Origin: Verrucomicrobiaceae bacterium
GTDB lineage: Bacteria; Verrucomicrobiota; Verrucomicrobiia; Verrucomicrobiales; Akkermansiaceae
DNA length: 57,939 nt
NCBI GenBank assembly: GCA_051252135.1
Contig: JBPOGH010000022.1
Span: forward strand, 1-57,939
Reading direction: 5' to 3'
Each line of letters opens with the position of its first letter. Position 1 is the stretch's first letter. Under the pieces are notes generated by a model that was not told the origin of the DNA, searched no databases, and saw only the letters and a program-made list of their open reading frames with translations. Positions 47,992-56,550 of this stretch are shown one piece after another. Made by a program: the position numbers and the translations under genes.

Positions 47992-48165
47992 TCAGGATCC
48001 CGCTTGGGCGGGGCTGGGAGATTTGGTTTCGGAAACGATCAGGGGCCATCCCATGCGCTTGTTGCGGTCGCGGACTTCGTCGGCGGCTTCTTTGGCGGCT
48101 TCTTCGATGACTTCCTTGAGGGGGCGGTCAGTGAGAGCTTTCGGCTGTGAGGTGGAATGTGCCAT
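47992..48165 (-). CDS. Small hypothetical protein (57 aa)
   Basis: ATG at 48165: MAHSTSQPKALTDRPLKEVIEEAAKEAADEVRDRNKRMGWPLIV; host-like codon usage. Confidence 0.5.
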   Translation of the reverse strand: MAHSTSQPKALTDRPLKEVIEEAAKEAADEVRDRNKRMGWPLIVSETKSPSPAQAGS

Positions 48166-48254
48166 CGGAGTTGTGATAAGAATACCATTTGTCTGCGAGA
48201 GCGGACATGGGTGGCTTGGTAGAGGGGCGTTAGGCTGGAAGCCAACGCTCCTTA

Positions 48255-50054
48255 TTAGTCTCCTGATTTGAGGACTTTGATGAAGGCGTCCTGGGGGATG
48301 TTGACTTTGCCGAAGGCTTTCATCTTGGCTTTGCCTTTTTTCTGCTTCTCGAGGAGTTTGCGCTTTCGGGAGATGTCTCCGCCGTAGCATTTGGCGGTGA
48401 CGTTTTTGCGCATGGCGGAGATGGTCTCGCGGGCGATGATGTTTCCACCGATGGCGGCCTGGATGGCGACGACGAACATCTGGGTGGGGATGACTTCCTT
48501 GAGTTTGGCGGCGAGCTCGCGGCCGCGGGACTGGGCTTTGTCGATGTGGACGATGGTGGAGAAGGCTTCGACGGGTTCGCCGGCGATGAGCATGTCCATT
48601 TTGACCATTTTGGCGGCGCGGTAGCCGGCGTGCTCATAGTCCATGGAGCCGTAGCCTTTGGTCATGGATTTGAGGCGGTCGTTGAAGTCGACGAGGATAT
48701 CGGCGAGGGGGACGGTGGCGGTGAGCATGACGCGGAATTCGTCGATGGTCTCGGTATTTTCGAGGTCGCCGCGTTTTTCCATGATGAGCTTCATGACGTC
48801 TCCGATGTAGTCACCGGGGACCATGATGAAGATGCGGACGATGGGTTCGCGGATTTGTTCGATGACCTGTTGCTCGGGGAGGTAGCTTGGGTTGTCGATG
48901 ATGAGTTCTTCGCCGTCGGTCTTGGTGATCTCGTAGATGACGGAGGGGTAGGTGGAGATGACATCCATATCGAACTCACGGCGGAGGCGTTCCTGGATGA
49001 TTTCCATGTGGAGGAGGCCGAGGAATCCGCAGCGGAAGCCGAAGCCGAGGGCGGTGGAGGACTCGGTCTGGAAGGTGAAGGCGGCGTCGTTGATCTGGAG
49101 TTTGCCCATGGCGACCTGGAGGTTTTCGTAGTCCGAGGTGTCGATGGGGTAGATGCCGGAGAAGACCATGGGGCGGATTTCCTTAAATCCGGGGAGGGGT
49201 TCGGGGCAGGGTTTGTCCTTGTGGGTGATGGTGTCGCCAATCTTGACCTCGGCGGAGGATTTGACGTTGGCGATGATGTATCCGACGTCTCCGGTGGAGA
49301 GTTTGTCGGTTTTCTTCATCTTGGGGGTGAAGATGCCGGTCTCCTTGATTTCGTAGCTGTTGGTGGTGTGGAAGAGCTTGATTCGGTCGCCTTTTCGCAT
49401 TTCGCCGGAGACGACGCGGACGTAGGAGACGACGCCGCGGAACTGGTCGTAGAGGGAGTCGAAGACGGAGGCGCGGAGGAGGCCGTCGGGGTTTTCCTCG
49501 GGGGGAGGGACGAGCTCGACGATGGCTTCGAGGATTTCCTGGATGCCGATGCCTTGTTTGGCGGAGGCGGGGATGGCGTGTTCTCCGGGGATGGCGAGGA
49601 TGTCCTCGAGCTGCTGGCGGCAGCGGGGGATATCGGCGGCGGGGAGGTCGATCTTGTTGAGGACGGGGACGATGGCGAGTTCCTGCTCCATGGCGAGGTT
49701 GACGTTGGCCATGGTCTGGGCTTCGACGCCCTGGGCGGCATCGATGATGAGGATGGCGCCTTCGCACGCGGCGAGGGAGCGGGAGACCTCGTAGGAAAAA
49801 TCGACGTGTCCGGGGGTGTCGAGGAGGTTGAGCTTGTAGGTCTTGCCGTCCTTTGACTTGAAGGAGAGGGTGACGGGGTGGGACTTGATGGTGATGCCTT
49901 TTTCGCGCTCGAGGTCCATGGAGTCGAGGTGTTGGGCCTGGGACTCGCGTTGGGTGATGGTTTGGCAGGTCTCCATGAGGCGATCGGACAAGGTCGTTTT
50001 GCCATGATCGATGTGGGCGATGATGGAGAAGTTACGGGTAAGTTCGACGGACAT
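48255..50054 (-). CDS. lepA: Translation elongation factor 4 (LepA)
   Basis: RNFSIIAHIDHGKTTL, DTPGHVDF, NKID, GFRCGFLGLLH, KCYGGDISRKRKLLEKQK; ATG at 50054. Confidence 0.97.
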   Translation of the reverse strand: MSVELTRNFSIIAHIDHGKTTLSDRLMETCQTITQRESQAQHLDSMDLEREKGITIKSHPVTLSFKSKDGKTYKLNLLDTPGHVDFSYEVSRSLAACEGAILIIDAAQGVEAQTMANVNLAMEQELAIVPVLNKIDLPAADIPRCRQQLEDILAIPGEHAIPASAKQGIGIQEILEAIVELVPPPEENPDGLLRASVFDSLYDQFRGVVSYVRVVSGEMRKGDRIKLFHTTNSYEIKETGIFTPKMKKTDKLSTGDVGYIIANVKSSAEVKIGDTITHKDKPCPEPLPGFKEIRPMVFSGIYPIDTSDYENLQVAMGKLQINDAAFTFQTESSTALGFGFRCGFLGLLHMEIIQERLRREFDMDVISTYPSVIYEITKTDGEELIIDNPSYLPEQQVIEQIREPIVRIFIMVPGDYIGDVMKLIMEKRGDLENTETIDEFRVMLTATVPLADILVDFNDRLKSMTKGYGSMDYEHAGYRAAKMVKMDMLIAGEPVEAFSTIVHIDKAQSRGRELAAKLKEVIPTQMFVVAIQAAIGGNIIARETISAMRKNVTAKCYGGDISRKRKLLEKQKKGKAKMKAFGKVNIPQDAFIKVLKSGD

Positions 50055-50209
50055 GGTGGTTGGCTGGCGGGAGGTTAACCGCAAAGGCGCCGGGACGCAA
50101 AGATGCAAAGGCGCGAAGAGCGATGAGGCTCTCGCGCGCGGGAAATAGGGGGTTTTTTGGGGAAATGGAAGAGTGGAGTGAGGGGATCTTGGGCTTCCCC
50201 CGGGCCGCT

Positions 50210-53095
50210 CTATGGTTTGACGGTGAAGTGGTGGGTGCCGGCGGGGAGGGTTTTGGTGCCGGTGGGGAGGGTGATGGTGGCGGTGGTGTTGGGGGGGATG
50301 ACGGTGGTCATGTTGATGCCGGCGGGGGTTTTTTCCCAGGAGTTGGAGGCGGTGCCGTAGCGGGTTTCGTGGCTGACGGAGGCTTGGGTGAGGGGGTGGC
50401 CGTGGAAGACGGGGCGGACGAGGATGTGCTTGTAGCCGGGGTGGGCGGGGTCGGGAGCGAGTCCGGCGAGTCGTTCGTAGAAGAATTGGCCGACGGCTCC
50501 GTAGGCGTAGTGGTTGAAGGAGTTCATGGCGACGTCGCCGAAGCCATCGGCCCTGGTGTAGCTGTTCCAGCGTTCCCAGATGGTGGTGGCTCCCTGGTCG
50601 ATGGAGTAGAACCAGCCGGGGTATTCATTGGTGAAGAGGACGTCCGAGGCGGTGCTGATGGCGCCGACTTTTTCGAGGGCGGTGCAGAGGAGGGAGGAGC
50701 CGATGAAGCCGGTGTTGAGTTTGTTTCCGTCTTTTTGAATGCGGGTGACGAGGTGTTGGGCGGCTTTTTTGGTGAGGTCGGCGGGAAGGAGGTCGAAGGC
50801 GATGGGGATGACGTAGGCGGTCTGGGTCTCGACGGGGAGGGTGGTGCGGCCGTGTTCATCGAAGTAGTTGGTGGTGACGGCGGCGGCGATCTCGTCGGCG
50901 AGTTTCGCGTAGTGGGCCTGGTCGTCTTTTTTTCCAAGGACGCCGGCGGCGTGGGAGATGATTTGGCAGCCGCGGGCGTAGAAGCAGGTGCCGAGGAAGT
51001 TGATGGGGGTTTCGCCGTAGCGGGTTTCGGGTTCGCCGGTGGCGGGGTTGGGCGGGCCGGCGAGTTGTTCGGTGCCGTGGTAGAGGATGGGCTGAAGCCA
51101 GTCGCCGAAGCCGGTGGTGGATTGGACGAGGTGGCCTTTGGTATCGCTTTGGTAGAGCTGGAGGCGGAGTTTGATGGCGTCGTAATTTTCCGAGAGGGCG
51201 GTGGTGTCTCCGGTGCGGAGGTAGATTTGCCAGGGGACGAGGTAGATGGCGTCTCCCCAGCCGGGTGCGTTGCCCCAGTCCTTGTATTTTCCGGGAGGGA
51301 TGATGTTGGGGACCATGCCGTTGGGGTGTTGGTCGATGCGCATGGATTCCATCCAGGAGTTGAGGAAGGCGTGGGTGTCGAAGTTATGCAGGGCGACGGG
51401 TGAGAAGGCCTGGGCGTCGCCGGTCCAGCCGAGGCGTTCGTCGCGCTGGGGGCAGTCGGTGGGGATGTCGAGGAAGTTGCCGCGCTGGCTCCACTCGATG
51501 TTGGACTGGAGTTGGTTGAGCTTTTGGTGGGAGGAGGTGAAGGTGGCGGTTTGGGGGAAGTCGGTGTGGAGGACGTCGCCGCGGACCCAGTCGAGGGTGG
51601 GTTGGTGGGCGGGATCGAAGCCGGTGATTTGGAGGTATTGGTAGCCGAAGAAGGTGAGGGTGGGTTGGTAGGTGATGGTGCCATCGGCAGCGGGAATGTA
51701 GGTGGCGAGGGAGCGGGCGGCGCGGTAGTTCTCGCGGTAGAGGGAGCCGTCGTCATTGAGCATTTCGGCGACGGAGATGGTGACTTTTTGGTCCTTCAGG
51801 ACGGGGATGGAGACGGTGAAGGTGCCGACCATGTTTTGGCCGAGATTGTAGATGACGCTGCCATCGGGTCGCGGGGTGAGGGAGGCGGGGGTGAGCTTTT
51901 TGATAAGCTTGACGGTCTGGAAGGACTTGGGCCGGAGGAGAGGTTTGGCGTCGACGGGGGAGGTGGAGACGGGTTTGAAGGAGTCATCTTTTAAAGTACG
52001 ACGCGCATCGTAGTCTTCGCCATTGTAGATATCGGCCATGATGATGGGGCCGGCGGTGGAGACGGTCCAGGTCTTGTCGGTGACGGCGGTGAGGCGGCCA
52101 TCGCACTCGAGCTGGGCGAGGAGCTCGGGGCGCTCGCCCCAGTGGGAATCGAGGATGGTGCCGGCGAACCAGCCTTTGGCGACGCGGACGCGGATTTGGT
52201 TGGCGCCTTTTTTGAGGAGGGGGGCGACATCGTAGGTGAGGGTTTCGATTTTTTCGTGGTAGTTGGTCCAGCCGGGGGCCATGAAATCGGAGCCGACGCG
52301 GGTGCCGTTGATGGTGGCCTCGAAGATGCCGCGCGAGGTGAGGTGGAGTCGGGCGGTGGCGGGTTGTTCGGCGAGGGAGATGGTTTTTTGGAAGGTGGGG
52401 ACGGGATCGGCGGAGGTGTTGGCGAGGGTGATGGAGCCTCCGTCATCGGCGGTGAGGGTTTCTTGGACGCCGGATTTGAGAAAGGTGAGGGAGAAGGATT
52501 TTTTGATGCCGGGGGCGGGATCGGTGGCGGGGAAGATGTTGCGTTGGCCGACGCTGATTTTGACGGGGAGTTTTTGGGTGGCGAGGTGGGCGATGACTTT
52601 TTCGGTGAGTGAGACGCGGTTGCCATCGGGTGCGCCGTAGGAGGCGTCGATGATTTGGTAGACGGTGTTGGGAGAGGGGGATTCGCCTTGATGGATCCAT
52701 TGGCCTTTCCAGTCGGAGTTATGGAGGAGGCCGACCTCGAGGCTGGTCCAGGCGGACCACGGGGATTCTTTTCCGTTCTGATCCCAGTAACGGACGCGCC
52801 ACTGGAGGATTTCGCGGGATTGGAGGGCGGGGCCGCGGTAGGGGAGGTAGAGGGATTGGGAGGAGGGGACCTTTTGGGAATCCCAGGGGGAGGCGAGGGA
52901 GCTTTTGGTTTGGATTTGGTAGGCGGTCTGGGCGGCGCCGGTGCGGGAGTCTTTTAGCTTCCAGCTGAAGGTGGGTTGGGGATTGTGGAATCCGAGGGGA
53001 GAGACGCGGCCTTCATCGACGGTGAGGGAGACGGGAGGATGGGGGGCGGCGAGGAGGAAGGACGCGGAAAAGAGGAGGATGATTAGGCTTATCAT
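50210..53095 (-). CDS. Alpha-L-rhamnosidase (GH78) with an inserted lectin-like module
   Basis: ATG at 53095; GEDYDAR, LGQNMVG, PTDCPQRDERLGWTGD, GATTIWERW, MNSFNHY. Confidence 0.94.
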   Translation of the reverse strand: MISLIILLFSASFLLAAPHPPVSLTVDEGRVSPLGFHNPQPTFSWKLKDSRTGAAQTAYQIQTKSSLASPWDSQKVPSSQSLYLPYRGPALQSREILQWRVRYWDQNGKESPWSAWTSLEVGLLHNSDWKGQWIHQGESPSPNTVYQIIDASYGAPDGNRVSLTEKVIAHLATQKLPVKISVGQRNIFPATDPAPGIKKSFSLTFLKSGVQETLTADDGGSITLANTSADPVPTFQKTISLAEQPATARLHLTSRGIFEATINGTRVGSDFMAPGWTNYHEKIETLTYDVAPLLKKGANQIRVRVAKGWFAGTILDSHWGERPELLAQLECDGRLTAVTDKTWTVSTAGPIIMADIYNGEDYDARRTLKDDSFKPVSTSPVDAKPLLRPKSFQTVKLIKKLTPASLTPRPDGSVIYNLGQNMVGTFTVSIPVLKDQKVTISVAEMLNDDGSLYRENYRAARSLATYIPAADGTITYQPTLTFFGYQYLQITGFDPAHQPTLDWVRGDVLHTDFPQTATFTSSHQKLNQLQSNIEWSQRGNFLDIPTDCPQRDERLGWTGDAQAFSPVALHNFDTHAFLNSWMESMRIDQHPNGMVPNIIPPGKYKDWGNAPGWGDAIYLVPWQIYLRTGDTTALSENYDAIKLRLQLYQSDTKGHLVQSTTGFGDWLQPILYHGTEQLAGPPNPATGEPETRYGETPINFLGTCFYARGCQIISHAAGVLGKKDDQAHYAKLADEIAAAVTTNYFDEHGRTTLPVETQTAYVIPIAFDLLPADLTKKAAQHLVTRIQKDGNKLNTGFIGSSLLCTALEKVGAISTASDVLFTNEYPGWFYSIDQGATTIWERWNSYTRADGFGDVAMNSFNHYAYGAVGQFFYERLAGLAPDPAHPGYKHILVRPVFHGHPLTQASVSHETRYGTASNSWEKTPAGINMTTVIPPNTTATITLPTGTKTLPAGTHHFTVKP

Positions 53096-53346
53096 GAAAG
53101 GTTTCTTGTTAACGTGGGGAAGGGGTGCATTCTTGCGGAGCATTCCAAAAGATTCCACCTTTTAGATTCATGAGTTTTTTTTGGGTCCGGTGGGAGGGGC
53201 TCCGCTACAAGTTGGGGTTGATTGATGAACCGGGCGAGCTGGTGGGTGAGCGGAAGATTTTGGTGGTGGCGGATCTTGAACGTTGAAAGATTGATGAGGA
53301 TGAATCCAGGGAGAAAAGCGGAGCGAACTGATAGAACCACCATGGC

Positions 53347-53435
53347 GATTAGCCTTTAGCAATTGGCTCTTAGCTTTCTCGCGGTGGATTCCGGACGACC
53401 GGGCTAAAAGCCAAGAGCCAAACGCTCAGAGCCGA
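53347..53435. repeat. Palindromic element with heptamer-periodic arms (copy 2)
   Basis: GATTAGC CTTTAGC AATTGGC TCTTAGC, a 26-nt core, then GGGCTAA AAGCCAA GAGCCAA ACGCTCA GAGCCGA. Confidence 0.75.
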
Positions 53436-53504
53436 CGTCGTAAACCTTGCAGCTTTTTAGTTTCCCTAGCTTGATCGCCCTGAGATGACTCGGAAGCTTA
53501 GGGC

Positions 53505-53531
53505 TTGACGAATTTTTCAATTGATTAGAAT
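53505..53531 (+). promoter_or_regulatory. Candidate cassette promoter (Pc-like)
   Basis: TTGACG-15 nt-TAGAAT about 75 nt upstream of the first core site; the spacer is shorter than optimal. Confidence 0.45.
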
Positions 53532-53592
53532 GGGAGCGGAGCGGAGCGAATGGGGGATTATAGGGGGTTGATCGCAACTTGCTACGCAAGCA

Positions 53593-53612
53593 CGATAACC
53601 CTACTGTTGTGC
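53593..53612 (+). other. attI-like simple recombination site
   Basis: CGATAAC-CCTACT-GTTGTGC; GTTGTGCC is the exact complement of the GGCACAAC ending cassette 1, and no attC-type hairpin precedes it. Confidence 0.6.
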
Positions 53613-53619
53613 CAAGAAA

Positions 53620-54060
53620 ATGAAAACCAGCGTGCTGCGATCGTTCATTGATGGAACCAGCGATTCGCGAGCGCTCGTCAAGGATTTGGAGGGTGGCGTG
53701 GAGCGGACATCCTACGATGTAATCTCCCACTACATCGACGACGACCTCGAAGTAGAGTCTCCCGTCACAACCGCGAATTTGGTGGCGATCTGTGATGCCT
53801 TTGCCAACGGCGAGTTGACCGGCCAGATGATTCAGCAGATCGCATTCGCCATGATGGCCAGCGACTACTTTGAGTGGGACCGCGACACTCCCGCCGGAGA
53901 GCGTGTTGCGGAGGTGATCGGGCGGTGGGACACCCCTGAGATCAACTATCCGATCACTGACTCAACCATGGTCAAGTTCCGCCACTACCTTTGCACCGGA
54001 GAGGATCTTTTCACACGAGAGGATTTGGCTCCCGATTTATCGCGAAAGCGACGATCATAG
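53620..54060 (+). CDS. Cassette 1: acidic hypothetical protein
   Basis: 146 aa ORF; ATG 7 nt after the core site; ends before attC1. Confidence 0.85.
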   Translation: MKTSVLRSFIDGTSDSRALVKDLEGGVERTSYDVISHYIDDDLEVESPVTTANLVAICDAFANGELTGQMIQQIAFAMMASDYFEWDRDTPAGERVAEVIGRWDTPEINYPITDSTMVKFRHYLCTGEDLFTREDLAPDLSRKRRS

Positions 54061-54080
54061 CGCGATGGAGACTAACCAAG

Positions 54081-54209
54081 GCACAACAAGGCGTGGGTGG
54101 ACAACCCGCTACCCCGCCGCGAGTCGGAGATTGAACACTAACGAGAACCCTTTACCTTGAATCGGACTGGCGCTCCCGGTAGCGGGTGCCACCACATCAA
54201 ACGTTCTGC
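54081..54209 (+). other. attC site 1
   Basis: GCACAAC...GTTCTGC; arms GTGGGTGGACAACCCGCTACC / GGTAGCGGGTGCCACCAC pair with 3 unpaired bases. Confidence 0.9.
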
Positions 54210-54219
54210 CGAAAAAACG

Positions 54220-54630
54220 ATGAACTCATTTTATGGCAAATTCCAAGGTGGAAGTGGAGGTGGATATAGTCGGGTTCACGTCCATTGTATCGAGCCGGAC
54301 CAACCCCTATCGATTGAGATTATTCTAGACGAAGATGGGTGGAACGAGCAATTCCGAGAAGGAAGATTGAAGCTGTTGCAGGATGCTGCGATCTATGGGC
54401 TCACATTTGCATTCGATCAGGCTGGGGTTAGTAAAGGCGCTTGGGTGATTCACAGAATAGTCGCTGAATTAGTCGACACTAACCCCACCATTATGGCTGT
54501 TGCCGCTGCTCGTGCAGGATGGAAGGCTGTGTCTACCCCTCCACCGAAAGAATTGGATGACCACTTACAGGCACTGGTTCTCGACAATGGATTGGGGCTT
54601 GACCCTCCAGATTTTCATTCATCGATATAG
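54220..54630 (+). CDS. Cassette 2: hypothetical protein resembling a stand-alone EF-G domain IV (S5-domain-2 fold)
   Basis: ATG at 54220, downstream of attC1; GKFQGGSGGGYSRVHVHCIEP and VDTNPTIMAVAAARA. The ORF is secure; the domain call is tentative. Confidence 0.7.
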   Translation: MNSFYGKFQGGSGGGYSRVHVHCIEPDQPLSIEIILDEDGWNEQFREGRLKLLQDAAIYGLTFAFDQAGVSKGAWVIHRIVAELVDTNPTIMAVAAARAGWKAVSTPPPKELDDHLQALVLDNGLGLDPPDFHSSI

Positions 54631-54654
54631 CGCCTGAGCACTGAAGACCGAAAA

Positions 54655-54755
54655 GCAGAACAAGTCATGAGAGGCGACTCATTTCGCTCTGGGAGTTTGT
54701 TTTTGAATTCGGAGTTTTATATTCGCTCAGGAATCGCCTCCACTCTACGTTCTGC
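54655..54755 (+). other. attC site 2
   Basis: GCAGAAC...GTTCTGC; arms TGAGAGGCGACTC / GAATCGCCTCCA. Confidence 0.85.
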
Positions 54756-54763
54756 CTGAAAAT

Positions 54764-55030
54764 ATGCTCTACTTCCTGCGGCCCTGGAACGAAAATCGTG
54801 GTGATCAATATTCTGGATGGGGATTTTCAGTTTGGTATTTCGAAGTCGATGGAACAGGTAATGTCGTTCGGCAGATCGAAGCCTATGAGAGCGGAAAGAT
54901 TGTCAGGTATGATGAGTCGAGTCCGAGTGACGAGTTTGGGGGCCTAGCAGAGTGCCCGATCGATCTTGATGAGTTTGAGCAGTGCGCGATTACTAAAGAT
55001 GAATTTGAGAATCGATGGTCAGCAGATTGA
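54764..55030 (+). CDS. Cassette 3: small acidic/aromatic hypothetical protein (immunity-protein-like)
   Basis: 88 aa; WYFEVD..G.VVRQIE.Y..G..RYD and ITKDEFENRW. Confidence 0.8.
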   Translation: MLYFLRPWNENRGDQYSGWGFSVWYFEVDGTGNVVRQIEAYESGKIVRYDESSPSDEFGGLAECPIDLDEFEQCAITKDEFENRWSAD

Positions 55031-55059
55031 TCTGGAGGTTACGCCGAAGAACGGGAAAT

Positions 55060-55197
55060 GCAGAACAAGTCGAAGCTGGACGACACCTCACCGCCACTAA
55101 AGTTTGTTTTGGATTTTGAGATTCGGTGGGATAGGTTTAGCCATTCGGAACTGGTAGATCTCTCGCGGTGAGGGTCGCCAGTTCTCAAACGTTATGC
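55060..55197 (+). other. attC site 3
   Basis: GCAGAAC...GTTATGC; arms GAAGCTGGACGACACCTCACCGC / GCGGTGAGGGTCGCCAGTTC with 3 unpaired bases. Confidence 0.9.
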
Positions 55198-55204
55198 CAA
55201 GAAA

Positions 55205-56020
55205 ATGAAGACTCCACTCGTCGTGCTCCAAGTCCTCGCGGCAGTAGTCTTGCTGTGCGGGCTAGCCGTCTTCTTTTCCGGGAACTCACTTCCCGTTTAT
55301 ACTGACTCCAAGGCTCCAGAGGAACTTTCCCACAAGCTTCAAGATCTTCCACGGGAGGAACGATTTTCCCAGTGGTATCAGCAACTGGCGAAGCACGAGA
55401 CTTCCCACAAGCGACTGACTGATCTGGGACGAGGATTGATTGCCTTGGGGCTTGGCGTCTCCATTGGAGCGCTCTTTCTGCATTGGCTTCCCAAGACGAA
55501 TGGCAACCGAGTCGGAGGATGGATCGCCGCGTTTTGGACGATTCTATGGGTTATCAAGTTTCCGCTTACGATGTGGTATTATTCGGTGCGACAATCACGC
55601 TTCGACTATCCCGTCTGGGGCGACTCAATCGCTATCGGCGTATTTCAAGATTTTATTGCTTGGGTGATCGGATTCATCGCGTTTTCGATTCTGCTGGCGG
55701 TGCTCATGATTCGGCATCGATTTGCGGTGAATGTTGCCCTCCGAAGTCCCACTGGCGGCTGGGGATGGCTTCGCGCCATCGGACTCTGGCTATGGATGGC
55801 TCTTCTTGTAGCCTGTATTCTACCAGCAATCGGAGATGGTGATGAGGGGATGGTAATCTCCTGCACGGCGGCAATTCCTGTAATTCTTCTCGCCTTGTCC
55901 GCACCCGAACAAAGGCATAACAAGGCGTCGCTCCTAACGCCTGACCCGCCGCGAGTTCCGGCGGGCACGACGGATTCAACCCTAACTCAGCAGTCGGAGC
56001 CCGCCCCCGGTCAGGCGTAG
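55205..56020 (+). CDS. Cassette 4: multi-pass membrane hypothetical protein; the C-terminus reads through attC4
   Basis: 271 aa, about 6 hydrophobic segments; stop codon at 56018-56020 inside attC4. Confidence 0.85.
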   Translation: MKTPLVVLQVLAAVVLLCGLAVFFSGNSLPVYTDSKAPEELSHKLQDLPREERFSQWYQQLAKHETSHKRLTDLGRGLIALGLGVSIGALFLHWLPKTNGNRVGGWIAAFWTILWVIKFPLTMWYYSVRQSRFDYPVWGDSIAIGVFQDFIAWVIGFIAFSILLAVLMIRHRFAVNVALRSPTGGWGWLRAIGLWLWMALLVACILPAIGDGDEGMVISCTAAIPVILLALSAPEQRHNKASLLTPDPPRVPAGTTDSTLTQQSEPAPGQA

Positions 56021-56039
56021 GAGGACTTCGACGTTCTGC
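55915..56039 (+). other. attC site 4
   Basis: GCATAAC...GTTCTGC; arms GTCGCTCCTAACGCCTGACC / GGTCAGGCGTAGGAGGAC with 2 unpaired bases. Confidence 0.9.
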
Positions 56040-56045
56040 CAAGAA

Positions 56046-56405
56046 ATGAACCCTTGCGATAAGAAATTCTTTCGAGCGGCTTCTGAGTTGAAGGAGTTAA
56101 TTTCTCCTATGGGTGGGTGTCTGGCAACCGACCGAATCCTCGTGGATGGAACTCCTGTTGGTTACATGTATCGCGAAGTTCCAACTGAATCAGTATCGTC
56201 TGGCTGGACATTCATGGCTGGCGATGAAGATCAGGCCTATATTGATGACCCTAATCATTGGGCAATTTATGAGGTTAACACGATTTGTAACTATGATCCG
56301 ACCGTCATTCCCTACTTGAGTTCGGAGTCGGGTTCCGCATTTGGCAAAGATCTTGGAGCGGATCATTTTCAACGTGAACCAATGCCGTCCGAGTCAGATG
56401 ATTGA
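56046..56405 (+). CDS. Cassette 5: DUF2185-domain protein (Imm33-like)
   Basis: GCLATDRILVDG.PVGYMYRE..SGWTFMAGDEDQAY.DDP..IYEVNTICNYDP signature. Confidence 0.88.
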   Translation: MNPCDKKFFRAASELKELISPMGGCLATDRILVDGTPVGYMYREVPTESVSSGWTFMAGDEDQAYIDDPNHWAIYEVNTICNYDPTVIPYLSSESGSAFGKDLGADHFQREPMPSESDD

Positions 56406-56406
56406 A

Positions 56407-56544
56407 GCAGAACAAGCGGAAGCTAGCGACCACATACCGCGCTGAAAGTTGAGATTGAGTCGAGAGGTTTGGCGGGTATTATCGGGCCAATCGGAACTCG
56501 TTCGGCACCATGCGGGATGGGTCGCCAGTTCCTAAACGTTAGGC
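56407..56544 (+). other. attC site 5
   Basis: GCAGAAC...GTTAGGC; arms GGAAGCTAGCGACCACATACCGC / GCGGGATGGGTCGCCAGTTCC. Confidence 0.88.
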
Positions 56545-56550
56545 TAAGAA

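Noticed and set aside
50075..50120. AACCGCAAAGGCGCC..GCAAAGATGCAAAG short periodic motif upstream of lepA (similar motifs near 2410 and 8255-8400)
   Set aside because: Too short and degenerate to define as an element from this window alone.
1058..52957. Many long antisense or alternate-frame ORFs (for example 1058-1879, 5302-6324, 36949-38625, 48546-49856, 50060-51403)
   Set aside because: Shadow ORFs caused by high GC and strong codon bias; each overlaps a clearly recognisable gene in another frame or strand.
53200..53290. + frame RYKLGLIDEPGELVGERKI, faintly like an IS110 transposase N-terminus
   Set aside because: Under 30 codons with no catalytic motif; not supportable without a search.
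53092..53730. Minus-strand ORFs 53092-53343, 53168-53362 and 53404-53730 as the integron integrase
   Set aside because: Too short, and they lack the tyrosine-recombinase R..HxxR..Y motifs; the last one crosses the attI-like site and cassette 1.
54157..54219. Upstream start of cassette 2 given in the ORF track
   Set aside because: It lies inside attC1; the ATG at 54220 after the core site fits the cassette pattern.
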